DNA of 20,022 nucleotides from Myxococcota bacterium (GTDB lineage: Bacteria; Myxococcota; SpSt-1050), in the NCBI GenBank assembly GCA_049969675.1, contig JBMFOP010000059.1, positions 1 through 20,022 on the forward strand, read 5' to 3'. Positions 8,379 through 16,043 of the stretch are shown here, in pieces. The notes under the pieces are model-generated. The model searched no databases and had not been told where the DNA came from. It saw only the letters and a program-made list of their open reading frames with translations. Positions within the stretch are counted from its first letter, which is position 1. The number at the start of each line of letters is the position of its first letter. The position numbers and the translations under genes were made by a program.

Positions 8379-9134
8379 TCAGAGCCCCCAGTCGATATCT
8401 GGTTCGTATATTACCCTTCTTAGAATAAGTCCACAGGCGGGCGCAGTCTCAAACGCCTTTCTCCTATCTCCACTCTCTACAATCTCTTTGAATCCCTCAA
8501 TGTCCACATCCCCCCTCCCGAGTCTCAACAATGTCCCCATTATGATTCTTATCATATTTTTATAAAATGCCCGTCCCCTAAATGTAAAGAGATAGAGTGA
8601 TGGTTCTTCATACGAGAGATTAATCCTTATCTCTCTTACCTCTCCCCTGCACTCATTATCAGATGCCTTAAATGCAGAGAAATCCTTTATCCCATTAAGA
8701 TATTCAATCCCCTCCTTTATCCTTTCAATATCCAGATGGAAGTGGAAATGATATAAAGTATCTGCAAATACAGATGCGCGAGAATGTCTATTTAAGACTC
8801 TGTATTCATATATCTTCTCTTTTGCTGAATATCTCGGGTGAAAGTCGTTATTTACTGGCACAATGGAGATAATGGAGATATCTCTGGGCAGTACCCCATT
8901 TAATGAGAGCAGAAGTCTAATCGGCACGAGCTCGCGGTCATAGTCAAAAGACGCAACCTGTCCTGTGGCGTGCACACCTGCATCGGTCCTCCCTGCTGCG
9001 GATACCCTGATCTCACTTTTTAAAATAATTTTTAGTGCCCGCTCTATCTCACCCTGAATCGTCCTGCGCCCGTGCTGCACCTGCCAGCCTGAGAAGAACT
9101 TTCCATTATACTCAACCAGAAGGGCATATCGCAT
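8379..9134 (-). CDS. truA: tRNA pseudouridine(38-40) synthase
   Basis: YNGKFFSGWQ, AGRTDAGVHATGQV (catalytic Asp), FHPRYSA, DFSAF, MIRIIMG, TAPACGL. Confidence 0.97.
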   Translation of the reverse strand: MRYALLVEYNGKFFSGWQVQHGRRTIQGEIERALKIILKSEIRVSAAGRTDAGVHATGQVASFDYDRELVPIRLLLSLNGVLPRDISIISIVPVNNDFHPRYSAKEKIYEYRVLNRHSRASVFADTLYHFHFHLDIERIKEGIEYLNGIKDFSAFKASDNECRGEVREIRINLSYEEPSLYLFTFRGRAFYKNMIRIIMGTLLRLGRGDVDIEGFKEIVESGDRRKAFETAPACGLILRRVIYEPDIDWGL

Positions 9135-9137
9135 ATA

Positions 9138-10922
9138 TCAGATATCTAAATACAGACCAAAGAAGAGTCCACTATTTGAAAGATCAAATCCATCTGCACC
9201 AAATCCATCTATCTTTGCCTTATAAAATTCTATAAAAATATATGAATTGTTCACACCGAACTCCATATCAAAATCAGATGCCGTCTCCCTATCAATCCAA
9301 TCCAGAAGGAACATCAGTCCACCCGCATAGTGATATCCGTACTTTCCACCATACCCCTCAAAAGTCTTTCCCTCAGAATTCTGATACCTTGATACATCTC
9401 CCCTTGAATCGGTTATCCAGAAGATATAATAATCAAGACCACCTTTGACATAAGGGACGAGAGGTATATTGACGGTACTGCTGTAGTAGTCAAATTTGTA
9501 GATAAGATTTAGCTCAACAGGTGTAATATTGAATACAGTGGTATCCGGACTCTTCTGTAATGTATCTGTCTGATAATTATAAATCCCTTTACCCACGACC
9601 TGCCAGAACCCAGTAGCACCACCGATTGAAAGTGTGCCAAACCTCTGAAAGAGATTATAGTCAATACCAAACTTAAACATCAACTCACTCCTGTCATTGA
9701 AGATATCTTTATACGGTCTGCTTTTAAGCCCCTTCTCTTTATCTATCTCTGAGGGCTTAAAATCTCCGGCATCTATAGATACCCCGAATGTCCTCTCAGA
9801 CTCTGCATAACTTAACATCGGAAAAGCAAAAATCATAAGTAATACTGGAAGCAGAATCCTTGCCCTGAGATACTTTATTGAAAAGAAAAACGCAATTACA
9901 AGTAAGAGGGTAAGAGGTATAAGTACAGGTTTTAAGAGTATATATAAGAAAAGGGCGATCGGGGTCAAAATTGCCGCCAGAGAATATCTAATGATCGGTT
10001 TATCCTTTATAAAGTTTGCAAGGATGGGTGATCTTTCATAATAGTACGAAATAATCCTCTCCCCTAATACGGTCTTTGAGAGATATGTATCTCTAAAGGA
10101 TTTATAGATATAGACAATGGGATGGACCGGTGAGCCGTATACCGCAGTAGTTATAAAACAGAATCCGCCCTCCTCCTTCCCTCCACTATTCCTGTAATAT
10201 TCATAGTAATCAAAGACCTCCCGAGGGGTGGCTGTTACCACAGCGGATCTTTCAGAGACATTTTTCGCCCTATCAATCTGTTCCGCCCAGATGTCATAAC
10301 TAACATTGTTTATCAGCCCTGTAATCTTATGATTAGTGGTCCTCACACCCTTATCCACAGATGGCTCATCATTAGTCCCACTCTTTCGGTAATATATATT
10401 AAATCCGTATTTGTCAGAATCGGATGAATCTGTTCCCCAGTTGAGATAGATGCGCAGATTGTTCTCACCGGGCACGATGGAGCTGATTGAAGGTGCCGGC
10501 GGTGGAACACGGTCAAAATGGACGGTCAGGGCCTTAATATTATCCTGAAATTTAAGAGTGGAACTGCCCGCATCAGCAGAGTCCATCGCCTCAATCAGAA
10601 TATAGATCTCTTTATCGCCATCAAGGGTATTTGTGGCGTGAGATAGGATATCTGATGCATAGATGGTATATGAGGCATCCCCACCGTTATATGGACCGCT
10701 TGCTATCTGCCTATCTATGCTCTTTGATGAGGAATCAACATTTATATAAAATGTCGCATTTGTAACAGAGCTCGTCCACCTGAGTGTAATACCCTTATTG
10801 TTCTCAATATCAGTGGCATTAAAATATGAATCCTCCTCTGAAAGGTCATAGATTGTTACACTGAATGCAGATAGATTTAGAGGGATAAAAGAGATACAAA
10901 ACAGAAATATGATTCTATTCAT
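9138..10922 (-). CDS. Fusion protein: signal peptide, surface domain with FN3, CFI-box-CTERM-like sorting domain, internal signal peptide, and a C-terminal outer-membrane beta-barrel (MXAN_2561/MXAN_2562-like halves)
   Basis: FN3-like PGENNLRIYLNW...YGFNIYYR...ITGLINNVSYDIWAEQIDRAKNVS. GGFCFITTAVYGS...FRDTYL...LGERIISYYYERSP is the CFI-box pattern (Cys255). A long hydrophobic stretch follows, then KYLRAR-ILLPVLLMIFAFPML-SYA/ESE, then barrel strands ending GLFFGLYLDI. Family names are from recall, not from a search. Confidence 0.75.
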   Translation of the reverse strand: MNRIIFLFCISFIPLNLSAFSVTIYDLSEEDSYFNATDIENNKGITLRWTSSVTNATFYINVDSSSKSIDRQIASGPYNGGDASYTIYASDILSHATNTLDGDKEIYILIEAMDSADAGSSTLKFQDNIKALTVHFDRVPPPAPSISSIVPGENNLRIYLNWGTDSSDSDKYGFNIYYRKSGTNDEPSVDKGVRTTNHKITGLINNVSYDIWAEQIDRAKNVSERSAVVTATPREVFDYYEYYRNSGGKEEGGFCFITTAVYGSPVHPIVYIYKSFRDTYLSKTVLGERIISYYYERSPILANFIKDKPIIRYSLAAILTPIALFLYILLKPVLIPLTLLLVIAFFFSIKYLRARILLPVLLMIFAFPMLSYAESERTFGVSIDAGDFKPSEIDKEKGLKSRPYKDIFNDRSELMFKFGIDYNLFQRFGTLSIGGATGFWQVVGKGIYNYQTDTLQKSPDTTVFNITPVELNLIYKFDYYSSTVNIPLVPYVKGGLDYYIFWITDSRGDVSRYQNSEGKTFEGYGGKYGYHYAGGLMFLLDWIDRETASDFDMEFGVNNSYIFIEFYKAKIDGFGADGFDLSNSGLFFGLYLDI

Positions 10923-10932
10923 AAAAGACTCC

Positions 10933-11943
10933 TTATAAGACCTTTATCAGGTGCTCTGCTATCTCAACCGCATTGGTTGCCGCACCCCGTCTGATATTAT
11001 CTGCCACAATAAACATAGAAAGCCCATTTTCAAAAACCAGAGGCTCTCTGATTCTCCCCACAAAGACCTCATCTCTACCAGCTGCGATTATGGGCATTGG
11101 ATATCTTCTCTCTTTTGGGTCATCCACCACCACCACCATAGGGGCATTACTGAGAATCTTTATTGCCTCTTCTCTATTTATAGGTCGCTCTGTCTCAACA
11201 AGGACACTCTCAGAATGTCCATACATTACCGGAACCCTGACAGTTGTCGCTGCGACCCTGATATCCGCCTCCATTATCTTCTGAGTCTCAAATACCATCT
11301 TCATCTCTTCTTTTGTGTAATTGTTTTCAAGAAAGATATCTATGTGAGGTATGCAGTTAAATGCGATATGATAAGGAAAGTGTTGTGGGGGGATCTCCTC
11401 TCTCTTATAAAATGCAGAGACCTCCCTATTCAGGGCATCTACTGCCTTCTGTCCGGCACCGGAGACTGCCTGATATGTGGATACAATAACCCGTTTTATT
11501 GGATTCACTCTATGAATCGGATTTAGTGCCACCACCATCTGTATTGTGGAGCAGTTTGGATTTGCAATGATTCCACGATTTTTAAAATCTGCTATACGAT
11601 GTGGATTGACCTGTGGGACGACAAGCGGGATATCCTTCTCCATCCTCCACGCACTTGAATTATCTATCACGGCACATCCCTCACCCGCACTGATTGGTGC
11701 GAACTCCTTACTTACATCCCCACCGGCCGAAAATAATGCAATATCATACCCCTTAAACATCCCCACTTTGATCTCCTCAACCGGGATATCTTCACCTCTA
11801 AACTTTATCTTCTGCCCCAGAGACCTCTTTGAAGCCAAAAATCTTATCTTCTTTATCGGGAAATTCCTCTCCTCAAGGACTTTTATAAATGTCCTCCCCA
11901 CAAGACCCGTTGCTCCAACAATGACTACATTACACTCCTTCAT
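10933..11943 (-). CDS. asd: Aspartate-semialdehyde dehydrogenase
   Basis: VGATGLVG, IDNSSAWRM, ANPNCST (catalytic Cys), STYQAVSGAG, TKEEMK, VRVPVMYGHSE, DNIRRGAATN. Confidence 0.98.
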   Translation of the reverse strand: MKECNVVIVGATGLVGRTFIKVLEERNFPIKKIRFLASKRSLGQKIKFRGEDIPVEEIKVGMFKGYDIALFSAGGDVSKEFAPISAGEGCAVIDNSSAWRMEKDIPLVVPQVNPHRIADFKNRGIIANPNCSTIQMVVALNPIHRVNPIKRVIVSTYQAVSGAGQKAVDALNREVSAFYKREEIPPQHFPYHIAFNCIPHIDIFLENNYTKEEMKMVFETQKIMEADIRVAATTVRVPVMYGHSESVLVETERPINREEAIKILSNAPMVVVVDDPKERRYPMPIIAAGRDEVFVGRIREPLVFENGLSMFIVADNIRRGAATNAVEIAEHLIKVL

Positions 11944-11966
11944 AAGCGCCTCTTAAAAACTCAATC

Positions 11967-11994
11967 ATAATATCACAAGTTTTTAAAATGTGAA
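11967..11994 (-). promoter_or_regulatory. Putative internal sigma70 promoter for asd (extended -10)
   Basis: Minus strand TTCACA-N16-TATTAT with TG at the extended position (TGATATTAT). SD AGAGG lies before the ATG at 11943. The same 9-mer lies at 5067-5075 upstream of the 3774..5051 gene. Confidence 0.4.
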
Positions 11995-11998
11995 GAAA

Positions 11999-12889
11999 TT
12001 AGCAGGAGATATTCCAGCGATTATGGATCCAGATCCACTCACAGGGAAATTTCATAATCTCCTGAGATAAAATATCATTTATCCTTTCAAGTATAAGTTT
12101 TTCATCCTCATCTCCTGAAAATTCAACCCGCCTGACCTCTGTGATTACTTTGTTATTTATTCTGTGATTAAATCCTACAACAGGCACAGCATTTGTCTCC
12201 TTTAAAATTTTGACTGGCGTGATAGGTGTCGGTGCCGCGCGACCTATAAAATTTACCATAATGGATGGCACTTTTGTATTCTGGTCTATCAGGAAGCCCA
12301 TTATTGCATTTCTACTTAATACTGCCTTAATCTTTTCAACAATCTGCTCTTCACCTCTAAAGATACACTTTACTTTATTGCCTTCACGAAATCTTTTAAT
12401 CATCTCGGTAAAACGTGGGTCATAGCTCCTGTTTGCGATAGTATTTATATCATAGCCTTCCTTTGCCAGAGTCAATGCCATCAACTCCCAGTTCCCGAGG
12501 TGGGCGGTGAAATAGATTACCCCTCTCTTCTCTTTTAATGCCTGATTCAAGACACGCCTTGACTCATCTGAAATGATTGCAAGATGCTCTATATCTCTCC
12601 CCTTTAATTGAACCTCTATTAATTCCTCAATACATCTCGCCCAGTGAAGATACATCTCTCTGAATATCCTCTCAGCATCTCTCTTTGCAAAGTATAATCC
12701 GAGATTCACTCTGGCTATCCTGTTTTCTCTTATCGGGAGTCTCATTGCCAGTAGCACAATAAACCTGAGGAAGAGTCTATTTAACACACCTGGAGAGATT
12801 TTGAATAAAAAGAGCAGTAATCTAACAGAGATATATATAAAGTCATTCTTGATCTTCTTGATAAGACTTCGCATCTTAATCCGCTTCAA
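11999..12889 (-). CDS. Lipid A late acyltransferase (LpxL/HtrB family lysophospholipid acyltransferase); start may be ATG at 12874
   Basis: TAHLGNWE (HX4E), GFLIDQN, VNFIG, and C-terminal PCEWIWIHNRW. Confidence 0.88.
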   Translation of the reverse strand: MKRIKMRSLIKKIKNDFIYISVRLLLFLFKISPGVLNRLFLRFIVLLAMRLPIRENRIARVNLGLYFAKRDAERIFREMYLHWARCIEELIEVQLKGRDIEHLAIISDESRRVLNQALKEKRGVIYFTAHLGNWELMALTLAKEGYDINTIANRSYDPRFTEMIKRFREGNKVKCIFRGEEQIVEKIKAVLSRNAIMGFLIDQNTKVPSIMVNFIGRAAPTPITPVKILKETNAVPVVGFNHRINNKVITEVRRVEFSGDEDEKLILERINDILSQEIMKFPCEWIWIHNRWNISC

Positions 12890-13004
12890 TTATCAGAAAA
12901 GACACCCAAGTCAAATAAAATTAAGGTTGAAGTTTAAAATTTATACACTATTGACACAATGCGGCATAAACTTGCAATTATTATTATCGGCTGGCAAATT
13001 TTTA

Positions 13005-13032
13005 TTGACACCAAACTTTAAAATGGTAGGAT
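13005..13032 (+). promoter_or_regulatory. Putative sigma70 promoter for the HEAT lipoprotein (and possibly panD)
   Basis: TTGACA-N16-TAGGAT with extended TG at 13024-13025. A second TTGACA lies at 12951-12956. Confidence 0.5.
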
Positions 13033-13111
13033 ACTTACCGTTAATTGATATAGAGTAGTGATATGATTCATATTTGTTTTTTATCAAAAACTTTTTTAGA
13101 AGGGAGAAGAG

Positions 13112-14713
13112 ATGTTTAGGAGAAGATTTTTTACCCTATTTTTAGGCATTTTTATCACATCCGTATTACTCCTCGGTTGTGTAAATGACAAAGAGGCAAG
13201 TAAGTTTGTAGAGAAACTTGAGAAAAAACCCGGAGAAGGAAAACCGGCATCTTACTGGGTCAAGAAACTCACTGATCCACAGCTCAAATCCGATGCGGTA
13301 AAGGCATTGATGGAATTAAAGGACAAAAGTGTAGTCCCTCAACTGGTTGAGCTCTTCAAAAAAGATAAGTCCTTAAGGGCTGACATTGCAGAGATTCTGG
13401 GTCTGATTGGAGATAAGAGTGTTGCATCAGTATTACTTGAAGGGCTGGTATTTGAGGTCTCAAACAACATTCAGGAACAGAGAGAGAATGATAGAATAAA
13501 CGAGAAGATTCTTGGGGCTCTGGCTTCAATGGGAGAGGAGTCTGCAAAGCCAGCTGTCATCAAACTGCTCTCCTCTACCTCTGCACCGGTTCTCGCAGCC
13601 GCTGTAAAGGCTGAAAAGACATTCAAGGATAAGGCGGCGGTAGATGCCCTGATTGCAATCATAAAGAATGACAACCTCTCAAAGGCAATAAGGGCTGATG
13701 CCATATATGTGCTCGGTGAGATTGGTGACCCAAAGGCAGTTCCGGCACTTGTAAGGGCAATGTATATTGAGAGACAGGGGACCGTCTATCCCGAGGCAAA
13801 TGAGGCACTCCAGAAGATCGGAAAGGCAGCGGTTCCAGAGTTAATAAAGACATTCCTTGGTAAAAATGAAGAGGTCAGACAGCTTGCGGAGAAATCCAAC
13901 TTTGTCGTAGGCGCTGTGGAGGGGAAAGCCGCTGAGACACTGGGTGATATCTGTGATATCTCAGCCGAAGATGCCCTTCTAAAGATGATTAAATCTGACG
14001 AGGATAATCCTATAGCAAAATCTAAGGCGGCATTTGCCCTCGGCAGAATGCAGTCAAAGAAGGCGGCCCCGATTATGGCAAAGCTTGCAGAGGATGAGGA
14101 AGACCCATCGGTAAGGGCACACTATCTACTCGCAATCAATCTAATTGGAGATACATCTGTAATCCCTCAATTGGTCAAGGCAGAGAAGAAACCGGACCTT
14201 GAGAAGTATAAGAAGGAAGGGGCCACACCTCAGGAACTGGATATATTGAGGAAAGGGAGAGAAGAGGTAGTTAAGACTATTGCAAGGCTTGCCACAGAGA
14301 AGGATGCCGCCCATTATGAAAAGGTTATGAAGGAGGAGAAGAATCCAGATATCAGCAAGGTCGTCAAAGATTATGCCATCATGATAGATGTGGCAAAGGA
14401 GTGCAAGAGTGACTTAGCCTGTTACAAAGGGAAACTTTCAGACCAGAATAAGATTGTTAGAGAGAAGGCAGCATATATGATTGGCAGAATAGATAAAGAG
14501 GAGGCAGTTGATACCCTTATCGGTCTCTTGGGTGTGGAGAACGACAATGATGTAAAATTTGCAGTTCTGCAGGGCCTCTTTAATTTCTCAGGCAAGTATT
14601 ACAGGGGCATGCTTCCCAAGATTGAAGAGAGGGCTAAAGGGCTAAAAGACGATATCCTTAAAAATGACCTCAACAGGCTGCTTCTCAGATTAAAAAGCTT
14701 GAATAGACAGTAA
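13112..14713 (+). CDS. HEAT-repeat (PBS-lyase-like) lipoprotein
   Basis: Lipobox LLG-C23 after a basic, hydrophobic leader. Many repeats such as RADAIYVLGEIGDPKAVPALV, AAETLGDICD, KAAFALGRM and REKAAYMIGRI. SD GGGAG. Confidence 0.85.
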   Translation: MFRRRFFTLFLGIFITSVLLLGCVNDKEASKFVEKLEKKPGEGKPASYWVKKLTDPQLKSDAVKALMELKDKSVVPQLVELFKKDKSLRADIAEILGLIGDKSVASVLLEGLVFEVSNNIQEQRENDRINEKILGALASMGEESAKPAVIKLLSSTSAPVLAAAVKAEKTFKDKAAVDALIAIIKNDNLSKAIRADAIYVLGEIGDPKAVPALVRAMYIERQGTVYPEANEALQKIGKAAVPELIKTFLGKNEEVRQLAEKSNFVVGAVEGKAAETLGDICDISAEDALLKMIKSDEDNPIAKSKAAFALGRMQSKKAAPIMAKLAEDEEDPSVRAHYLLAINLIGDTSVIPQLVKAEKKPDLEKYKKEGATPQELDILRKGREEVVKTIARLATEKDAAHYEKVMKEEKNPDISKVVKDYAIMIDVAKECKSDLACYKGKLSDQNKIVREKAAYMIGRIDKEEAVDTLIGLLGVENDNDVKFAVLQGLFNFSGKYYRGMLPKIEERAKGLKDDILKNDLNRLLLRLKSLNRQ

Positions 14714-14735
14714 AAATATTGTAAATAGATTTATC

Positions 14736-14762
14736 GTGCCTGCAGCAGAATGCGCGGGACAC
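14736..14762 (+). ncRNA. Candidate pan RNA motif hairpin (cis-regulatory, panD leader)
   Basis: GTG-CCTGC-[A]-GCA-GAA-TGC-GCGGG-[A]-CAC: a GC-rich stem-loop in AT-rich DNA with a bulged A on the 5' side (14744), immediately before the SD and ATG of panD. Confidence 0.7.
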
Positions 14763-14777
14763 AGAAAGGATAAGCCT

Positions 14778-15164
14778 ATGTACCTAAGAATGCTTAAGTC
14801 TAAAATCCATAGGGCTATAGTCACCGAGACGAATCTGCATTATGAGGGGAGCATTACCATAGATGCTACCCTGATGAATGAGGCGGGAGTACTCCCTTAT
14901 GAGGAGATATCTGTCTGGAACATCACGACAGGAGAACGTTTTAATACCTATGCAGTCCCGGGTAGACCCGATTCAGGTGAGATAATTGTAAATGGTGCGG
15001 CCGCCCACAAAGCCAGAAGAGGAGATTTGATAATAATCGCCACATTCGCTTATATAGAGAACTCTGCCGCTCAAAATCACATACCCACAATCCTTCTTGT
15101 AGATAGAGATAATAAAATAAGAAAGAAGTACTCTGATGTGGGGTACAGATCAAAGGTAAGTTAA
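14778..15164 (+). CDS. panD: Aspartate 1-decarboxylase proenzyme (start corrected to ATG 14778; 128 aa)
   Basis: MLKSKIHRA, YEG/SITID, GERFNTY, NGAAA. Starting at 14778 gives canonical numbering (Lys9, Gly24-Ser25 cleavage site, Tyr58). SD AAGGA upstream. Confidence 0.97.
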   Translation: MYLRMLKSKIHRAIVTETNLHYEGSITIDATLMNEAGVLPYEEISVWNITTGERFNTYAVPGRPDSGEIIVNGAAAHKARRGDLIIIATFAYIENSAAQNHIPTILLVDRDNKIRKKYSDVGYRSKVS

Positions 15165-15394
15165 TACCTCACAATCTCCTCTGACTCTAAGAATATTCCA
15201 TATTTTATAGATTTCAATTAAGAGACAAAATCTTTAGTCTGAGGGTGTTGGAAAAGGTAAGTGTTTGTAAAATAACAATTCTGGATTGATAAGTTCATAT
15301 TCCCCAGAGCAGAATATCACTTTTTTACTATCCATTAAAAGGCTGTCCGACTTAAATACACTTCAGTGTTATTTATCACAAATCAGTCACTATT

Positions 15395-15544
15395 GGTAAG
15401 ACCTCAAAATTTTTGTAGAATTTTCTAAACCAGTTAATAGTTTTTCTACACCAATTAAAGAGTATTTTGTTTCACCAGAGATATGTCTGCTTATTCCAAT
15501 TACAAATCTGCCTGTACCAATCATAGATTTATCTAAAAATGCTG
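15395..15544 (+). repeat. Dispersed ~150-bp repeat, copy 1 (internal 21-nt period)
   Basis: Hand alignment to 19568-19716 gives about 125/150 identities with one gap. CCA(A/G) units at 15430, 15451, 15475, 15496 and 15517. Confidence 0.9.
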
Positions 15545-15547
15545 ATT

Positions 15548-15584
15548 CCCCTCTTTTAGAGGGGTGTCCGAAAGAATGGGGTGT
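15548..15584. repeat. REP-like palindromic element (CCCCTCT-TTT-AGAGGGG plus a GC-rich tail)
   Basis: Perfect 7-bp GC-rich stem at 15548-15564, followed by TGTCCGAAAGAATGGGGTGT. It lies between convergent genes, so it could also act as a terminator. Confidence 0.5.
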
Positions 15585-15694
15585 TTATTCATTGAGGGCC
15601 TGCCTTAAGACATTGTTTACTACTCAAAAAATTTACCCCGCTGAGGCTTCCGATCAAAAAAATTTATTTTGGGCAGGTGTGAATCAAGTTTATA

Positions 15695-16021
15695 TCACAA
15701 AATCTCTCTTAAAATATCCTTTATCCTGAGTATATCATCTGAGGAATTATATACAAATTTTACACCCATACCTGCATTGGTTATATCATCATCTCTTGTA
15801 TATACAACCCTTGAGGGTATGGCAATAGGTCCTTTCTCTTTATCAGTTTTTAAGAATAACATCCCTGATGTACCTACGATATCCAGATACGGCGTGTTGA
15901 TAAAACATCCGCCACCGGATATGTTCTTTATAACCACATTCAGGCTGAGGTTAGGGCTCTCATAGTGAGCCTCAATATAGCATTTCTTTCTCTCTTCCTG
16001 TCTCTTCTCATAAGATGTCAT
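15695..16021 (-). CDS. Stand-alone PilZ-domain protein (c-di-GMP receptor candidate)
   Basis: RxxxR (RQEER) and NxSxxG (NISGGG) motifs are both intact. C-terminal RVVYTR...AGMGVKF. GGAGG/AAGGA upstream. Confidence 0.88.
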   Translation of the reverse strand: MTSYEKRQEERKKCYIEAHYESPNLSLNVVIKNISGGGCFINTPYLDIVGTSGMLFLKTDKEKGPIAIPSRVVYTRDDDITNAGMGVKFVYNSSDDILRIKDILREIL

Positions 16022-16043
16022 TCCTTCATCCCTCCTCTTGCTT

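Noticed and set aside
10951..11956. Long antisense ORFs over asd (191, 103 and 136 aa, including an HHHHH run) and the other nested or antisense ORFs in the track
   Set aside because: They are shadow frames of well-supported genes. The His run is the complement of the Val run in asd.
12962..12976. Sigma54 promoter (CGGCATAAACTTGCA)
   Set aside because: GG-to-GC spacing is 9 nt rather than the required 10.
14736..14777. 14-aa N-terminal extension of PanD from GTG 14736
   Set aside because: ATG 14778 has an SD and gives canonical numbering. The extension coincides with the RNA hairpin.
15241..15256. GAGGGTGTTGGAAAAG as an IS terminal inverted repeat
   Set aside because: It resembles some IS5/IS1182-type ends, but no partner repeat, target duplication or transposase is present.
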